Below, piece by piece: positions 54,614 through 64,000 of a DNA stretch of 64,000 nucleotides. Below the pieces are notes generated by a model, which was given only the letters and a program-made list of their open reading frames with translations, was not told where the DNA came from and did no database searches. Source of the stretch: Nitrosomonadales bacterium (GTDB taxonomy: Bacteria > Pseudomonadota > Gammaproteobacteria > Burkholderiales > SG8-39); NCBI GenBank assembly GCA_005240145.1, contig SBAS01000054.1, positions 5,234 through 69,233 on the forward strand, read 5' to 3'. Both the position numbers and the translations under genes were made by a program. The first letter of the stretch is position 1, and each line of letters starts with the position of its first letter.

Positions 54614-56283
54614 CAGAAGCAAAGCAGATTCCGCGCCCGGCGGCGACGCTGCTGCTGCTGCGCGAAGCTTCCGGCGCGCCGGAAGTATTCATGCTCCAGC
54701 GCACGAGCAAGGCCGCTTTCCTGCCCGGCGCGTTCGTGTTTCCCGGTGGTGCGCTCGACGCGGATGACGCGAGCGCTCGCGCCACGCGGCGCGTGCGCGG
54801 CCTGGACGACGCGCAGGCCAGCGCGCGCATGGGCCTGGCCTCGGGCGGCCTCTCTTACTGGGTCGCCGCAGCGCGAGAGTGCTTTGAAGAATCGGGGATT
54901 CTTCTCGCCTTCGATGAAAGGGATGCCCCGGTCGATCCGCAACGCGCCGCGGCGCTGGAGCATCTGCGCCAGCCCCTGAACGACGGCACGCTGCATTTCA
55001 GCGCATTTCTGGAGAAGGAAGACCTCTACATCCACGCCCAGGACATCGCCTACTACAGCCACTGGATTACGGCGCCCGGCCGGCCGCGGCGCTTCAGCAC
55101 GCGCTTCTTCGTCGCCTGTGCGCCCGCGGGCCAGGACGGCGCGCACGATCGCTCGGAAACCGTGCACAGCGTCTGGATCAGCCCGCGCGATGCGCTCGAG
55201 CGCGGTGCGCGCGGCGAGATCGAGCTCATTTTCCCGACGCGCAGCACGCTCAGCGACCTCGCCGCGATCCCGACTCCGCGTGCCGCGCTGGAGCATGCGA
55301 GGAGCCTGGGCGACATCGAGGTGGAAGCCGCGTGCTGGGCGCTCGACCATGAAGGCTCGCAGCGCCTGTTCCGGCGCGCCGATCCGCCTTATCACGAGAT
55401 CCACTGGAGCGACCCGGAGGAAAAGGGCGACACCTGCTTCGTCATCCAGCCGGGCATCGCCAAGCGGCTCGACCGCTACGTCACGCGCCTCACGGCGCCC
55501 AACCCGGGGACCATGACCGGGCCCGGCACCAACACCTACCTCGTGGGGGAAAAGGAAATCGCGGTGATCGATCCAGGGCCGCCCAGCGATTCGCACGTGG
55601 CGAAAATCGTCGAGGCCGGCGCCGGCCGGAGCGGGAGCCGAATTCGCTGGATCCTCACGACCCACACCCATATGGACCATTCGCCTGCCAGCGCGGCGCT
55701 CAAGGCCGCCACCGGCGCGCAGATTATGGGCATGCCCGCGCCCGCCGGCGCCAACCAGGACCAGAGCTACGCGCCAGACCGGGTGCTTGCCGATGGCGAG
55801 AGCCTGCGCATCGGCGATCTGCGCCTGCGCGCAGTCCATACCCCGGGCCACGCCTCCAACCACCTGTGCTACCTGCTGGAAGAAACGAAGATGCTCTTCA
55901 CGGGCGATCACGTCATGCAGGGATCCACCGTGGTCATCGGTCCGCCCGACGGCAACATGCGCGCCTACCTCGCCTCGCTGGAGAAACTGCTCGGCGTGGA
56001 CGTCGCCATCTTCGCGCCGGGACACGGCTACCTCATCGGCGCGCCGCACAAGGAAGTCCGGCGCCTTGTCGCGCACCGGCTGGCGCGCGAAGCCAAGGTC
56101 GTCACCGCCTTGCAGCGGCGCAGCGCGGCGACGCTGGACGAGCTGGTGGCGGTGGTCTATGACGATGTTTCGCCGAAACTACATCCGGTTGCGCTACGCT
56201 CATTGAGCGCGCATCTCGACAAACTGGTGGCCGAGGGACGCGCCCGGCAGACAGCCGGACGCTATATACTGTCTGCCGAATAA
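54610..56283 (+). CDS. Nudix-like + metallo-beta-lactamase-fold fusion protein
   Basis: A TTG at 54610 overlaps the SDR TGA (TTGA). The next in-frame ATG would cut into the Nudix fold. Nudix-box remnant RECFEESGI lies at 54874-54900. MBL motif ILTTHTHMDH and later HTPGHASNH follow. Confidence 0.8.
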   Translation: MTEAKQIPRPAATLLLLREASGAPEVFMLQRTSKAAFLPGAFVFPGGALDADDASARATRRVRGLDDAQASARMGLASGGLSYWVAAARECFEESGILLAFDERDAPVDPQRAAALEHLRQPLNDGTLHFSAFLEKEDLYIHAQDIAYYSHWITAPGRPRRFSTRFFVACAPAGQDGAHDRSETVHSVWISPRDALERGARGEIELIFPTRSTLSDLAAIPTPRAALEHARSLGDIEVEAACWALDHEGSQRLFRRADPPYHEIHWSDPEEKGDTCFVIQPGIAKRLDRYVTRLTAPNPGTMTGPGTNTYLVGEKEIAVIDPGPPSDSHVAKIVEAGAGRSGSRIRWILTTHTHMDHSPASAALKAATGAQIMGMPAPAGANQDQSYAPDRVLADGESLRIGDLRLRAVHTPGHASNHLCYLLEETKMLFTGDHVMQGSTVVIGPPDGNMRAYLASLEKLLGVDVAIFAPGHGYLIGAPHKEVRRLVAHRLAREAKVVTALQRRSAATLDELVAVVYDDVSPKLHPVALRSLSAHLDKLVAEGRARQTAGRYILSAE

Positions 56284-56297
56284 GATGGGAGCGCGCC

Positions 56298-56561
56298 ATG
56301 AGCGATGAAAAAACCATGAAGCTGGTAACCAATCTCGACCGGGGGGCGATCGAGGCCAAGCTGCGCGAAGTAGGTGGCGACGCGGCAGGGGCCGGATTGA
56401 CCGACCTCGCCAAGATGTTCATCGGCATCGAGGGCATGCCGGCCGCGCAGATCGAGCAGCGCGTCAACAATGCGATGAAATGGTTGGCCGACAAACCGCA
56501 GCACGCCAGGCTCACCGCCACGCTCGACCTCGTCGGCATGAACCTCAAGAACCTCAAGTAG
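56298..56561 (+). CDS. Hypothetical 87-aa protein
   Basis: High-GC3 ORF with predicted helical, non-shadow-like composition (MSDEKTMKLVTNLDRGAIEAKLREVGG...). No family recognised. Confidence 0.55.
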   Translation: MSDEKTMKLVTNLDRGAIEAKLREVGGDAAGAGLTDLAKMFIGIEGMPAAQIEQRVNNAMKWLADKPQHARLTATLDLVGMNLKNLK

Positions 56562-56572
56562 TTCGGCGCGTT

Positions 56573-57916
56573 ATTCCGGATTTCGATTTCGATCTCTTCA
56601 CCATAGGCGGTGGTTCCGGCGGCGTGCGCGCCAGCCGCGTCTCCGCCTCGCTCGGCGCGCGCGTGGCGATCGCCGAGTCCGGCCGCTTGGGCGGCACCTG
56701 CGTCAATGTCGGCTGCATCCCGAAGAAGCTGTTCTCCTACGCCGCGCATTTCCGCGACGAAGTGAAGGACGCGGCCGACTTCGGCTGGAGCGTCGCCGAG
56801 CCGGTCCTCGACTGGGGCAAGCTGCTGGAGAACAAGGAGCGCGAGATCACGCGCCTGAATGGCGTCTACGAGCGAATTCTGGTGAATGCCGGGGTTGAGA
56901 TCTTGCGAGGGAAGGCATTTATCCGGGGGGGAAATGAAGTCGAGATAAATGGTAAAAGCGTAACTGCAAGACATATCCTCGTTGCAACAGGATCCTGGCC
57001 GCAGCTGCCCGACATTCCCGGCAAGGAACTGGCGATCACCTCGAACGAGGCGTTCTTCCTCGAGAAGCTGCCACCCAGCGTGCTGGTCGTCGGCGGCGGC
57101 TACATCGCGGTCGAGTTCGCCTCGATCTTCAACGGCCTGGGCGTGAAAACCACGCTTGCCTACCGCGGTGCGCAGCTGCTGCGCGGCTTCGATGACGATC
57201 TGGGCAAGCGGCTGGGCGAAGAAATGGCAAGGAAAGGGGTTTCGCTTTTACTTAGGAAGAACCCTGTAAAAATCGAAAAAGGACTCAAGGTCACATTCGA
57301 AGACAAATCGATTCAAGAGTTCGATCTCGTGATGTTCGCGACCGGACGCAGGCCAAACACGGCGGGCCTGGGCCTGGAGGCCGCGGGCGTGAAGCTCGGC
57401 GCCGACGGCGCTGTCGTGGTCGACGCGTATTCGCAGAGTTCGGTGGCCTCGATCCATGCCATCGGCGACGTCACCGATCGCCTCAATCTCACACCGGTCG
57501 CCACCGCCGAGGGCATGGCGCTCTCGAAAACCCTGTTTGGCGGTCAGCCGACGCCTGTGGACCACGAGAACGTGCCCACGGCAGTGTTCGCCAATCCCAA
57601 CATCGGCACCGTGGGTCTGACGGAAGCGAAAGCGCGCGAACGCCACGGCAAGGTGGACATCTACAAAACCGCTTTCCGCTCGCTCAAGCACACGATAGGC
57701 CAGAGCGAAGAACGGATCTTCATGAAGCTCGTCGTCGATGCCGCCAGCCAGCGCGTCCTCGGCGCGCACATGCTCGGCCCGGACGCGGGCGAGCTCATCC
57801 AGGGCATCGCCATCGCGCTCAAGATGGGCGCCACCAAGGCGCAGTTCGACGCCACCATCGGCATCCACCCGACCGCGGCCGAAGAGTTCGTCACCATGCG
57901 GGAGAAGTCGGCCTAG
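56573..57916 (+). CDS. gor: Glutathione-disulfide reductase (start codon unresolved)
   Basis: DFDFDLFTIGGGSGGVRASR, GGTCVNVGCIPKK (redox CxxxxC) and a C-terminal HPTAAEE motif. The conserved N-terminus begins at about 56576. The only in-frame ATG (56480) adds 31 shadow-like residues. The listed start is an ATT codon and is tentative. Confidence 0.85.
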   Translation: MPDFDFDLFTIGGGSGGVRASRVSASLGARVAIAESGRLGGTCVNVGCIPKKLFSYAAHFRDEVKDAADFGWSVAEPVLDWGKLLENKEREITRLNGVYERILVNAGVEILRGKAFIRGGNEVEINGKSVTARHILVATGSWPQLPDIPGKELAITSNEAFFLEKLPPSVLVVGGGYIAVEFASIFNGLGVKTTLAYRGAQLLRGFDDDLGKRLGEEMARKGVSLLLRKNPVKIEKGLKVTFEDKSIQEFDLVMFATGRRPNTAGLGLEAAGVKLGADGAVVVDAYSQSSVASIHAIGDVTDRLNLTPVATAEGMALSKTLFGGQPTPVDHENVPTAVFANPNIGTVGLTEAKARERHGKVDIYKTAFRSLKHTIGQSEERIFMKLVVDAASQRVLGAHMLGPDAGELIQGIAIALKMGATKAQFDATIGIHPTAAEEFVTMREKSA

Positions 57917-57992
57917 AGTAGTGACGCGGAGCGGGAAACCGGCTACCTTCGCACCGAACCTGCGCCGGTCGTGTTATCCAAGGAGGATACCC

Positions 57993-59603
57993 ATGCTTAC
58001 ACGTGCTAAGTTCCCGGAATTGTGGCTTGCCACGGCAGTCCTGGCGGCGGTCGGCTCGATCGGCGCCCCCGATGCGGTGGCGCAGCCAAAGGAAAAGGTC
58101 CTGCGCGCCGCGATGCACGCCGACGTGCGCACGGTCGACCCGTTCTGGACCACCCAGACCATCGCCGCCATCCACGGCCTGATGGTCTACGACACGCTGT
58201 TCTCCAGCGATATCAATCTTGATCCGAAGCCGCAGATGGTCGAGAGCTGGACGGTGAGCCCGGACCGCAAGGTTTATACCTTCAAGCTGCGCGACGGCCT
58301 CAAGTTCCACGACGGCACCGCGGTCACCTCGAAGGACGTGGTGGCCTCGATGAACCGCTGGGGCAAGCGCGACGGCGCCGGCAAGCAGCTCATGGGCTAC
58401 ACCAAGGCGCTCACCGCCAAGGACGCGAAGACCTTCGAGTGGGCGCTGACCGAACCCTACGGCCTGCTCATCGACATCCTCGCCAAGACGGGCACCAGCA
58501 TTCCGTTCGTGATGCGCGAAAAAGAAGCGCTGGTCGACGCGTTCAGCCAGATCCAGGAAGTGGTCGGCTCCGGCCCCTTCATGTTCAAGCGCGACGAGTG
58601 GGTGCCGGGCAGCAAGACGGTCTACGTCAAGTTCAAGGAGTACATCCCGCGCAAGGAACCGGCCTCGGGCCACGCCGGAGGCAAGGTGGTAAAGGTCGAC
58701 CGGGTCGAGTTCATCTGGCTTTCCGACCCGCAGACCGCGCAGTCGGCGCTGGTCGCAGGAGAGATCGACTACCTGGAGAACCCGGCGATCGATTTCATGC
58801 CGAACCTGAAGAAAACTCCGGGGATCAAGCTCGAGGTGCATCCGGCCATGGGCACGATGGGCATCCTGCAGCTGAACCACCTGCACCCGCCCTTTAACAA
58901 CGTCAAGGCGCGTCAGGCGATGTACTACCTCATCAACAATGCCGACTACCTGAACACCATCGCCGCCGACGAGAGCCTGCAGACCCTGTGCTTCTCCTAT
59001 TTCGGCTGCGGCGTATCGATGGAGACCGATGCCGGCAGCGAGCCCTATAAGGGGGCGAAGAACATCGCCAGGGCCGAGCAGCTGTTCAAGGAAGCGGGCT
59101 ACAAGGGCGAGCCGATCACCATCCTGCACGCCACCGATCATCAATATATCAACCCGGCCAACCTGGTGATGATCCAGCAGTTGCGCAAGGCGGGTTTCCT
59201 CAAGCTCGACGTGCAGGCGATGGACTGGGGTTCGGTGGTGTCGCGCCGCGCCAAGAAGGAAACACCGGCCCAGGGCGGCTGGAACATCTTCATCACCGGT
59301 ACCACGGTGCTTACCTCCTCCAGCCCGGTCACCCACACTTCGATCGGCATGGGCTGCGACAAGGCCTGGTTCGGCTGGCCCTGCGACAAGAAATTCGAGG
59401 ATTTGCGCAAAGACTGGGCGTTTGCGCCGGATATCGCGGCGCGCAAGAAGATCGCGGTCGAGTTGTCCAAGCGGGCCTACGACCAGGTGCCCTACATCTC
59501 CTTCGCGCAGTGGCGCAATCCGGTCGCCTACCGCTCGGACCGGCTCTCGGGCGTGCAGACGATGCCGTCCGTGCCACCCATGTGGAACATTGAGACGAAA
59601 TAG
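57993..59603 (+). CDS. ABC transporter substrate-binding protein, family 5 (DppA/OppA-like)
   Basis: Internal ATG preceded by AGGAGG. Signal peptide MLTRAKFPELWLATAVLAAVGSIGAPDAVA. SBP_bac_5-like sequence follows. Confidence 0.9.
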   Translation: MLTRAKFPELWLATAVLAAVGSIGAPDAVAQPKEKVLRAAMHADVRTVDPFWTTQTIAAIHGLMVYDTLFSSDINLDPKPQMVESWTVSPDRKVYTFKLRDGLKFHDGTAVTSKDVVASMNRWGKRDGAGKQLMGYTKALTAKDAKTFEWALTEPYGLLIDILAKTGTSIPFVMREKEALVDAFSQIQEVVGSGPFMFKRDEWVPGSKTVYVKFKEYIPRKEPASGHAGGKVVKVDRVEFIWLSDPQTAQSALVAGEIDYLENPAIDFMPNLKKTPGIKLEVHPAMGTMGILQLNHLHPPFNNVKARQAMYYLINNADYLNTIAADESLQTLCFSYFGCGVSMETDAGSEPYKGAKNIARAEQLFKEAGYKGEPITILHATDHQYINPANLVMIQQLRKAGFLKLDVQAMDWGSVVSRRAKKETPAQGGWNIFITGTTVLTSSSPVTHTSIGMGCDKAWFGWPCDKKFEDLRKDWAFAPDIAARKKIAVELSKRAYDQVPYISFAQWRNPVAYRSDRLSGVQTMPSVPPMWNIETK

Positions 59604-59624
59604 CCGGCCGACCAGAGCACGCCG

Positions 59625-60566
59625 GTGACGGCCTACATCGTTCGCCGGCTGCTCGCGACCATCCCGGTGATGGTCGTCGTCGCGCTGTTCGTTTTCCTCC
59701 TCCTGCATCTGACGCCGGGCGATCCGGCGGCGGTCATCGCCGGCGACGACGCCTCTCCGGCGGACATCGAGGCAATCCGCCGCAAGCTCGGCCTCGACCT
59801 CGCGATCTGGCAGCAGTTCGTCATCTACGTCGGCAACCTGCTGCGTGGCGACCTCGGCACCTCGATTTTCTCCAACCTGCCGGTACTGACCCTCGTCAAG
59901 CAGCGCCTCGAGCCGTCGCTGGTGCTGGCAGTCTCGACCCTGGTGCTGGCCATCGCCCTCGCCATACCGATGGGCGTGCTGGCGGCCTGGAAGGCGCGCA
60001 GCTGGATCGACCGCGTGGTAATGGGGTTCTCGGTGCTCGGCTTCGCCGTGCCGGTGTTCCTGATCGGCTACCTGCTGATCTACGTCTTCGCGATCGAGCT
60101 GCGCTGGCTGCCGGTGCAGGGCTACCGGCCGCTCGCGCAGGGAATCGAGCAGACGGCGCGATCGATCCTGCTGCCCGCGATCGCGCTGAGCATGGTGTAC
60201 ATGGCGCTGATCGCGCGCATGACCCGGGCGAGCATGCTGGAAGTGCTCTCGGAGGACTACATCCGCACCGCCCATTCTAAGGGCGTCGCCACCATCGTGG
60301 TGCTGCTGCGCCACGCGCTGAAGAATGCCGCCGTGCCGATCGTCACGGTCATCGGCATCGGCCTCACCCTTCTGATTTCCGGCGTCGTCATCACCGAGAC
60401 CGTGTTCAACATCCCGGGTCTCGGACGGCTCACGGTGGACGCGATCCTCAAGCGCGACTACCCGATCATCCAGGGGCTGATCATCCTCTTTGCCGGCGCC
60501 AAGGTGCTGGTGAACCTGATGATCGACATCAGCTACGTGTTCTTCGACCCGCGCATCCGCTACTAG
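59625..60566 (+). CDS. ABC transporter permease (DppB-like)
   Basis: 313 aa with a GTG start. MTAYIVRRLLATIPVMVVVALFVF and YIRTAHSKG motifs. Confidence 0.9.
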   Translation: MTAYIVRRLLATIPVMVVVALFVFLLLHLTPGDPAAVIAGDDASPADIEAIRRKLGLDLAIWQQFVIYVGNLLRGDLGTSIFSNLPVLTLVKQRLEPSLVLAVSTLVLAIALAIPMGVLAAWKARSWIDRVVMGFSVLGFAVPVFLIGYLLIYVFAIELRWLPVQGYRPLAQGIEQTARSILLPAIALSMVYMALIARMTRASMLEVLSEDYIRTAHSKGVATIVVLLRHALKNAAVPIVTVIGIGLTLLISGVVITETVFNIPGLGRLTVDAILKRDYPIIQGLIILFAGAKVLVNLMIDISYVFFDPRIRY

Positions 60567-60570
60567 ACAC

Positions 60571-61434
60571 ATGGCCGCCGTCATCACCGCAGCTGTCCCC
60601 GCGGCTTCGAGCAGCCTGGACTGGATACGCCGCAACCCGACGATCGTCATCGGCAGCACGATCCTGGGCCTGTTCGTCGCGATCGCGCTCATCGCCCCCT
60701 GGATTGCCGGCGACCCGCTCAGCTTCGATCCTCTCAACCGCCTCAAGCGTCCGTCGAAGGAGTTCTGGTTCGGCACCGACCAGTTCGGGCGCGACGTCTT
60801 CAGCCGCGTGGTCTACGGCACGCGCATTTCGCTCATCGTCGGCGTGAGCGTCGCGGTCATCGCGACCGTCACGGGTCTGCTCGTCGGCGTGCTGTGCGGC
60901 TACTACCGCCGTCTCGACGACATCGTCATGCGGGTCATGGACGGACTCATGGCGATCCCGGCGATCCTGCTCGCGATCGCGCTGATCACGCTCATGAAAG
61001 CGAGCCTGCTGATCGTCGTCATCGCCATCTCGATCCCGGAGATTCCGCGCGTCGTGCGCCTGGTGCGCAGCGTGGTGCTCTCGGTGCGCGGCCTGCCGTA
61101 CATCGAGGCCGCGGTGGCGAGCGGCGCGCGCAGCCGCATCATCATGACCCGGCACATCCTGCCCAGCACCGTGGCGCCGCTCGTGGTGCAGTCGACTTAT
61201 GTCTGCGCCTCGGCGATCCTGATCGAGGCCGGCCTTTCCTTCCTCGGCGCCGGCACGCCGCCCGAAATCCCGAGCTGGGGCAACGTCATCTCGCTGGGGC
61301 GGGCCTTCTTCCAGATTTCGCCGTGGATCATCTTCTTTCCCGGCCTGATGCTCGCGATCGCGGTGCTGGCGATAAACCTGGTGGGTGACGGGCTGCGGGA
61401 CTCGCTCGATCCGCGCATCGCGCGGCGGATGTAA
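60571..61434 (+). CDS. ABC transporter permease (DppC-like)
   Basis: 287 aa. [16 protein letters not shown] and [15 protein letters not shown] motifs. Confidence 0.9.
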   Translation: MAAVITAAVPAASSSLDWIRRNPTIVIGSTILGLFVAIALIAPWIAGDPLSFDPLNRLKRPSKEFWFGTDQFGRDVFSRVVYGTRISLIVGVSVAVIATVTGLLVGVLCGYYRRLDDIVMRVMDGLMAIPAILLAIALITLMKASLLIVVIAISIPEIPRVVRLVRSVVLSVRGLPYIEAAVASGARSRIIMTRHILPSTVAPLVVQSTYVCASAILIEAGLSFLGAGTPPEIPSWGNVISLGRAFFQISPWIIFFPGLMLAIAVLAINLVGDGLRDSLDPRIARRM

Positions 61435-61439
61435 ACGGC

Positions 61440-63469
<2,030 letters not shown>

Positions 63470-63473
63470 GAAT

Positions 63474-64000
63474 ATGCCCGCGACCCCTCCCCGCATCGCC
63501 ATTCTCGGCTTCGCCATCGAATGCAACCGCTTCTCGCCGGTGACCACCGCCGCTGACTTCGCGCGCAAGGTCGATATCCGCGGCGAGGAAATCATCCGCC
63601 AGGCACGGGGAACCTGCCGCACGACGCAGGACCTGCCCGGCTTCTTCGAGCACATGGACCAAAGCGGGCCCTGGACGCCGGTGCCGCTGCGCATGGCGCT
63701 CGCCCAGCCCGGCGGACCGGCGGACCAGGGCTACTACGATGCATTCCTCGGCGAGATCGGCGCCGGACTCGAGAGCGCGGGCAGGCTCGACGGCGTTTTC
63801 GTGGTCAGCCACGGCGCCGCGCTCAGCACCGGGTCGGATGATCCCGACGGCGATCTTTTCGAGCTGATCCGCAAGCACGTAGGGCCGGAGGTTCCGGTCA
63901 TCGGTGTATTCGACCTGCACGCCAACGTCTCGCGCAGGATGACCGACAACCTCGACGTCTTCGTCGGTTACCTCGAAAACCCCCATACCGACATTCGCGA
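63474..64000 (+). CDS. MlrC-like M81 family metallopeptidase (5' part, truncated by window end)
   Basis: Not in the ORF track because no stop falls in the window. My translation: MPATPPRIAILGFAIECNRFSP...VFVVSHGAALS...FDLHANVSRRMTDN...YLENPHTDIR, which matches the MlrC N-terminal domain pattern. Confidence 0.75.
   Translation, partial: MPATPPRIAILGFAIECNRFSPVTTAADFARKVDIRGEEIIRQARGTCRTTQDLPGFFEHMDQSGPWTPVPLRMALAQPGGPADQGYYDAFLGEIGAGLESAGRLDGVFVVSHGAALSTGSDDPDGDLFELIRKHVGPEVPVIGVFDLHANVSRRMTDNLDVFVGYLENPHTDIR

Noticed and set aside
56480-56572. ATG at 56480 as the gor start
   Set aside because: It adds 31 residues (MVGRQTAARQAHRHARPRRHEPQEPQVVRRV) with shadow-like composition and overlaps the upstream 87-aa ORF by 82 nt. 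It is kept as an alternative in the gor finding but is not preferred.
57891-60776. 961-aa ORF on the minus strand
   Set aside because: It is antisense to the dppA/dppB/dppC-like genes, which have clear motifs and ribosome-binding sites. The composition is dominated by R, A, D, G and H runs. It is a shadow ORF.

Overview
This is a GC-rich, very tightly packed proteobacterial chromosomal segment. Gene content and an extended infA paralogue hint at a beta-proteobacterium, but that is inference only. I can support about 73 protein-coding genes, one gene remnant, a small REP-like repeat family and several promoter/operator-like sites. I saw no rRNA, tRNA, CRISPR array, transposase or integrase.

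Content from left to right:
- A block of nucleic-acid/nucleotide enzymes: yajD HNH, DEDD exonuclease, MazG-like, GIY-YIG-like, PIN and a DEAD-box helicase.
- An infA paralogue.
- A long gap-less minus-strand array: parE, small ORF, parC, wHTH-MNT/HepT, GGDEF, secreted protein, DUF2889.
- CoA/valine metabolism genes (mmsA, enoyl-CoA hydratases).
- Kynurenine-pathway pieces (nbaC near 19 kb, kynA plus a kynU-like gene near 37 kb).
- mnmC, a CDF transporter, and an lldD-like oxidase with an IclR regulator.
- A TetR-led fadE-fadA-fadB-thioesterase operon.
- An APH-like kinase plus ACAD pair.
- dtd, gor and two GGDEF cyclases.
- A Dpp-type ABC importer followed by an MlrC-like peptidase, cut by the window end.

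At least six type II toxin-antitoxin-like modules sit between housekeeping genes.

Candidates most worth a second look (none proven):
1. An 82-codon ORF translationally wedged between parE and parC. Its product ends in a consensus beta-clamp-binding motif (QLDLF).
2. A PIN / GIY-YIG-like / MazG-like three-gene operon with overlapping or near-abutting reading frames.
3. A wHTH-MNT/HepT pair with a 38-bp palindrome over its start codon.
4. An nbaC / DHDPS-like / mmsA operon that lacks ACMS decarboxylase.
5. Many short in-frame low-GC3 patches with rare codons inside conserved genes.
6. A gor gene with no canonical start codon near its conserved N-terminus.

Many long ORFs in the supplied track are antisense or frame-shifted shadows typical of GC-rich DNA, and I did not call them.
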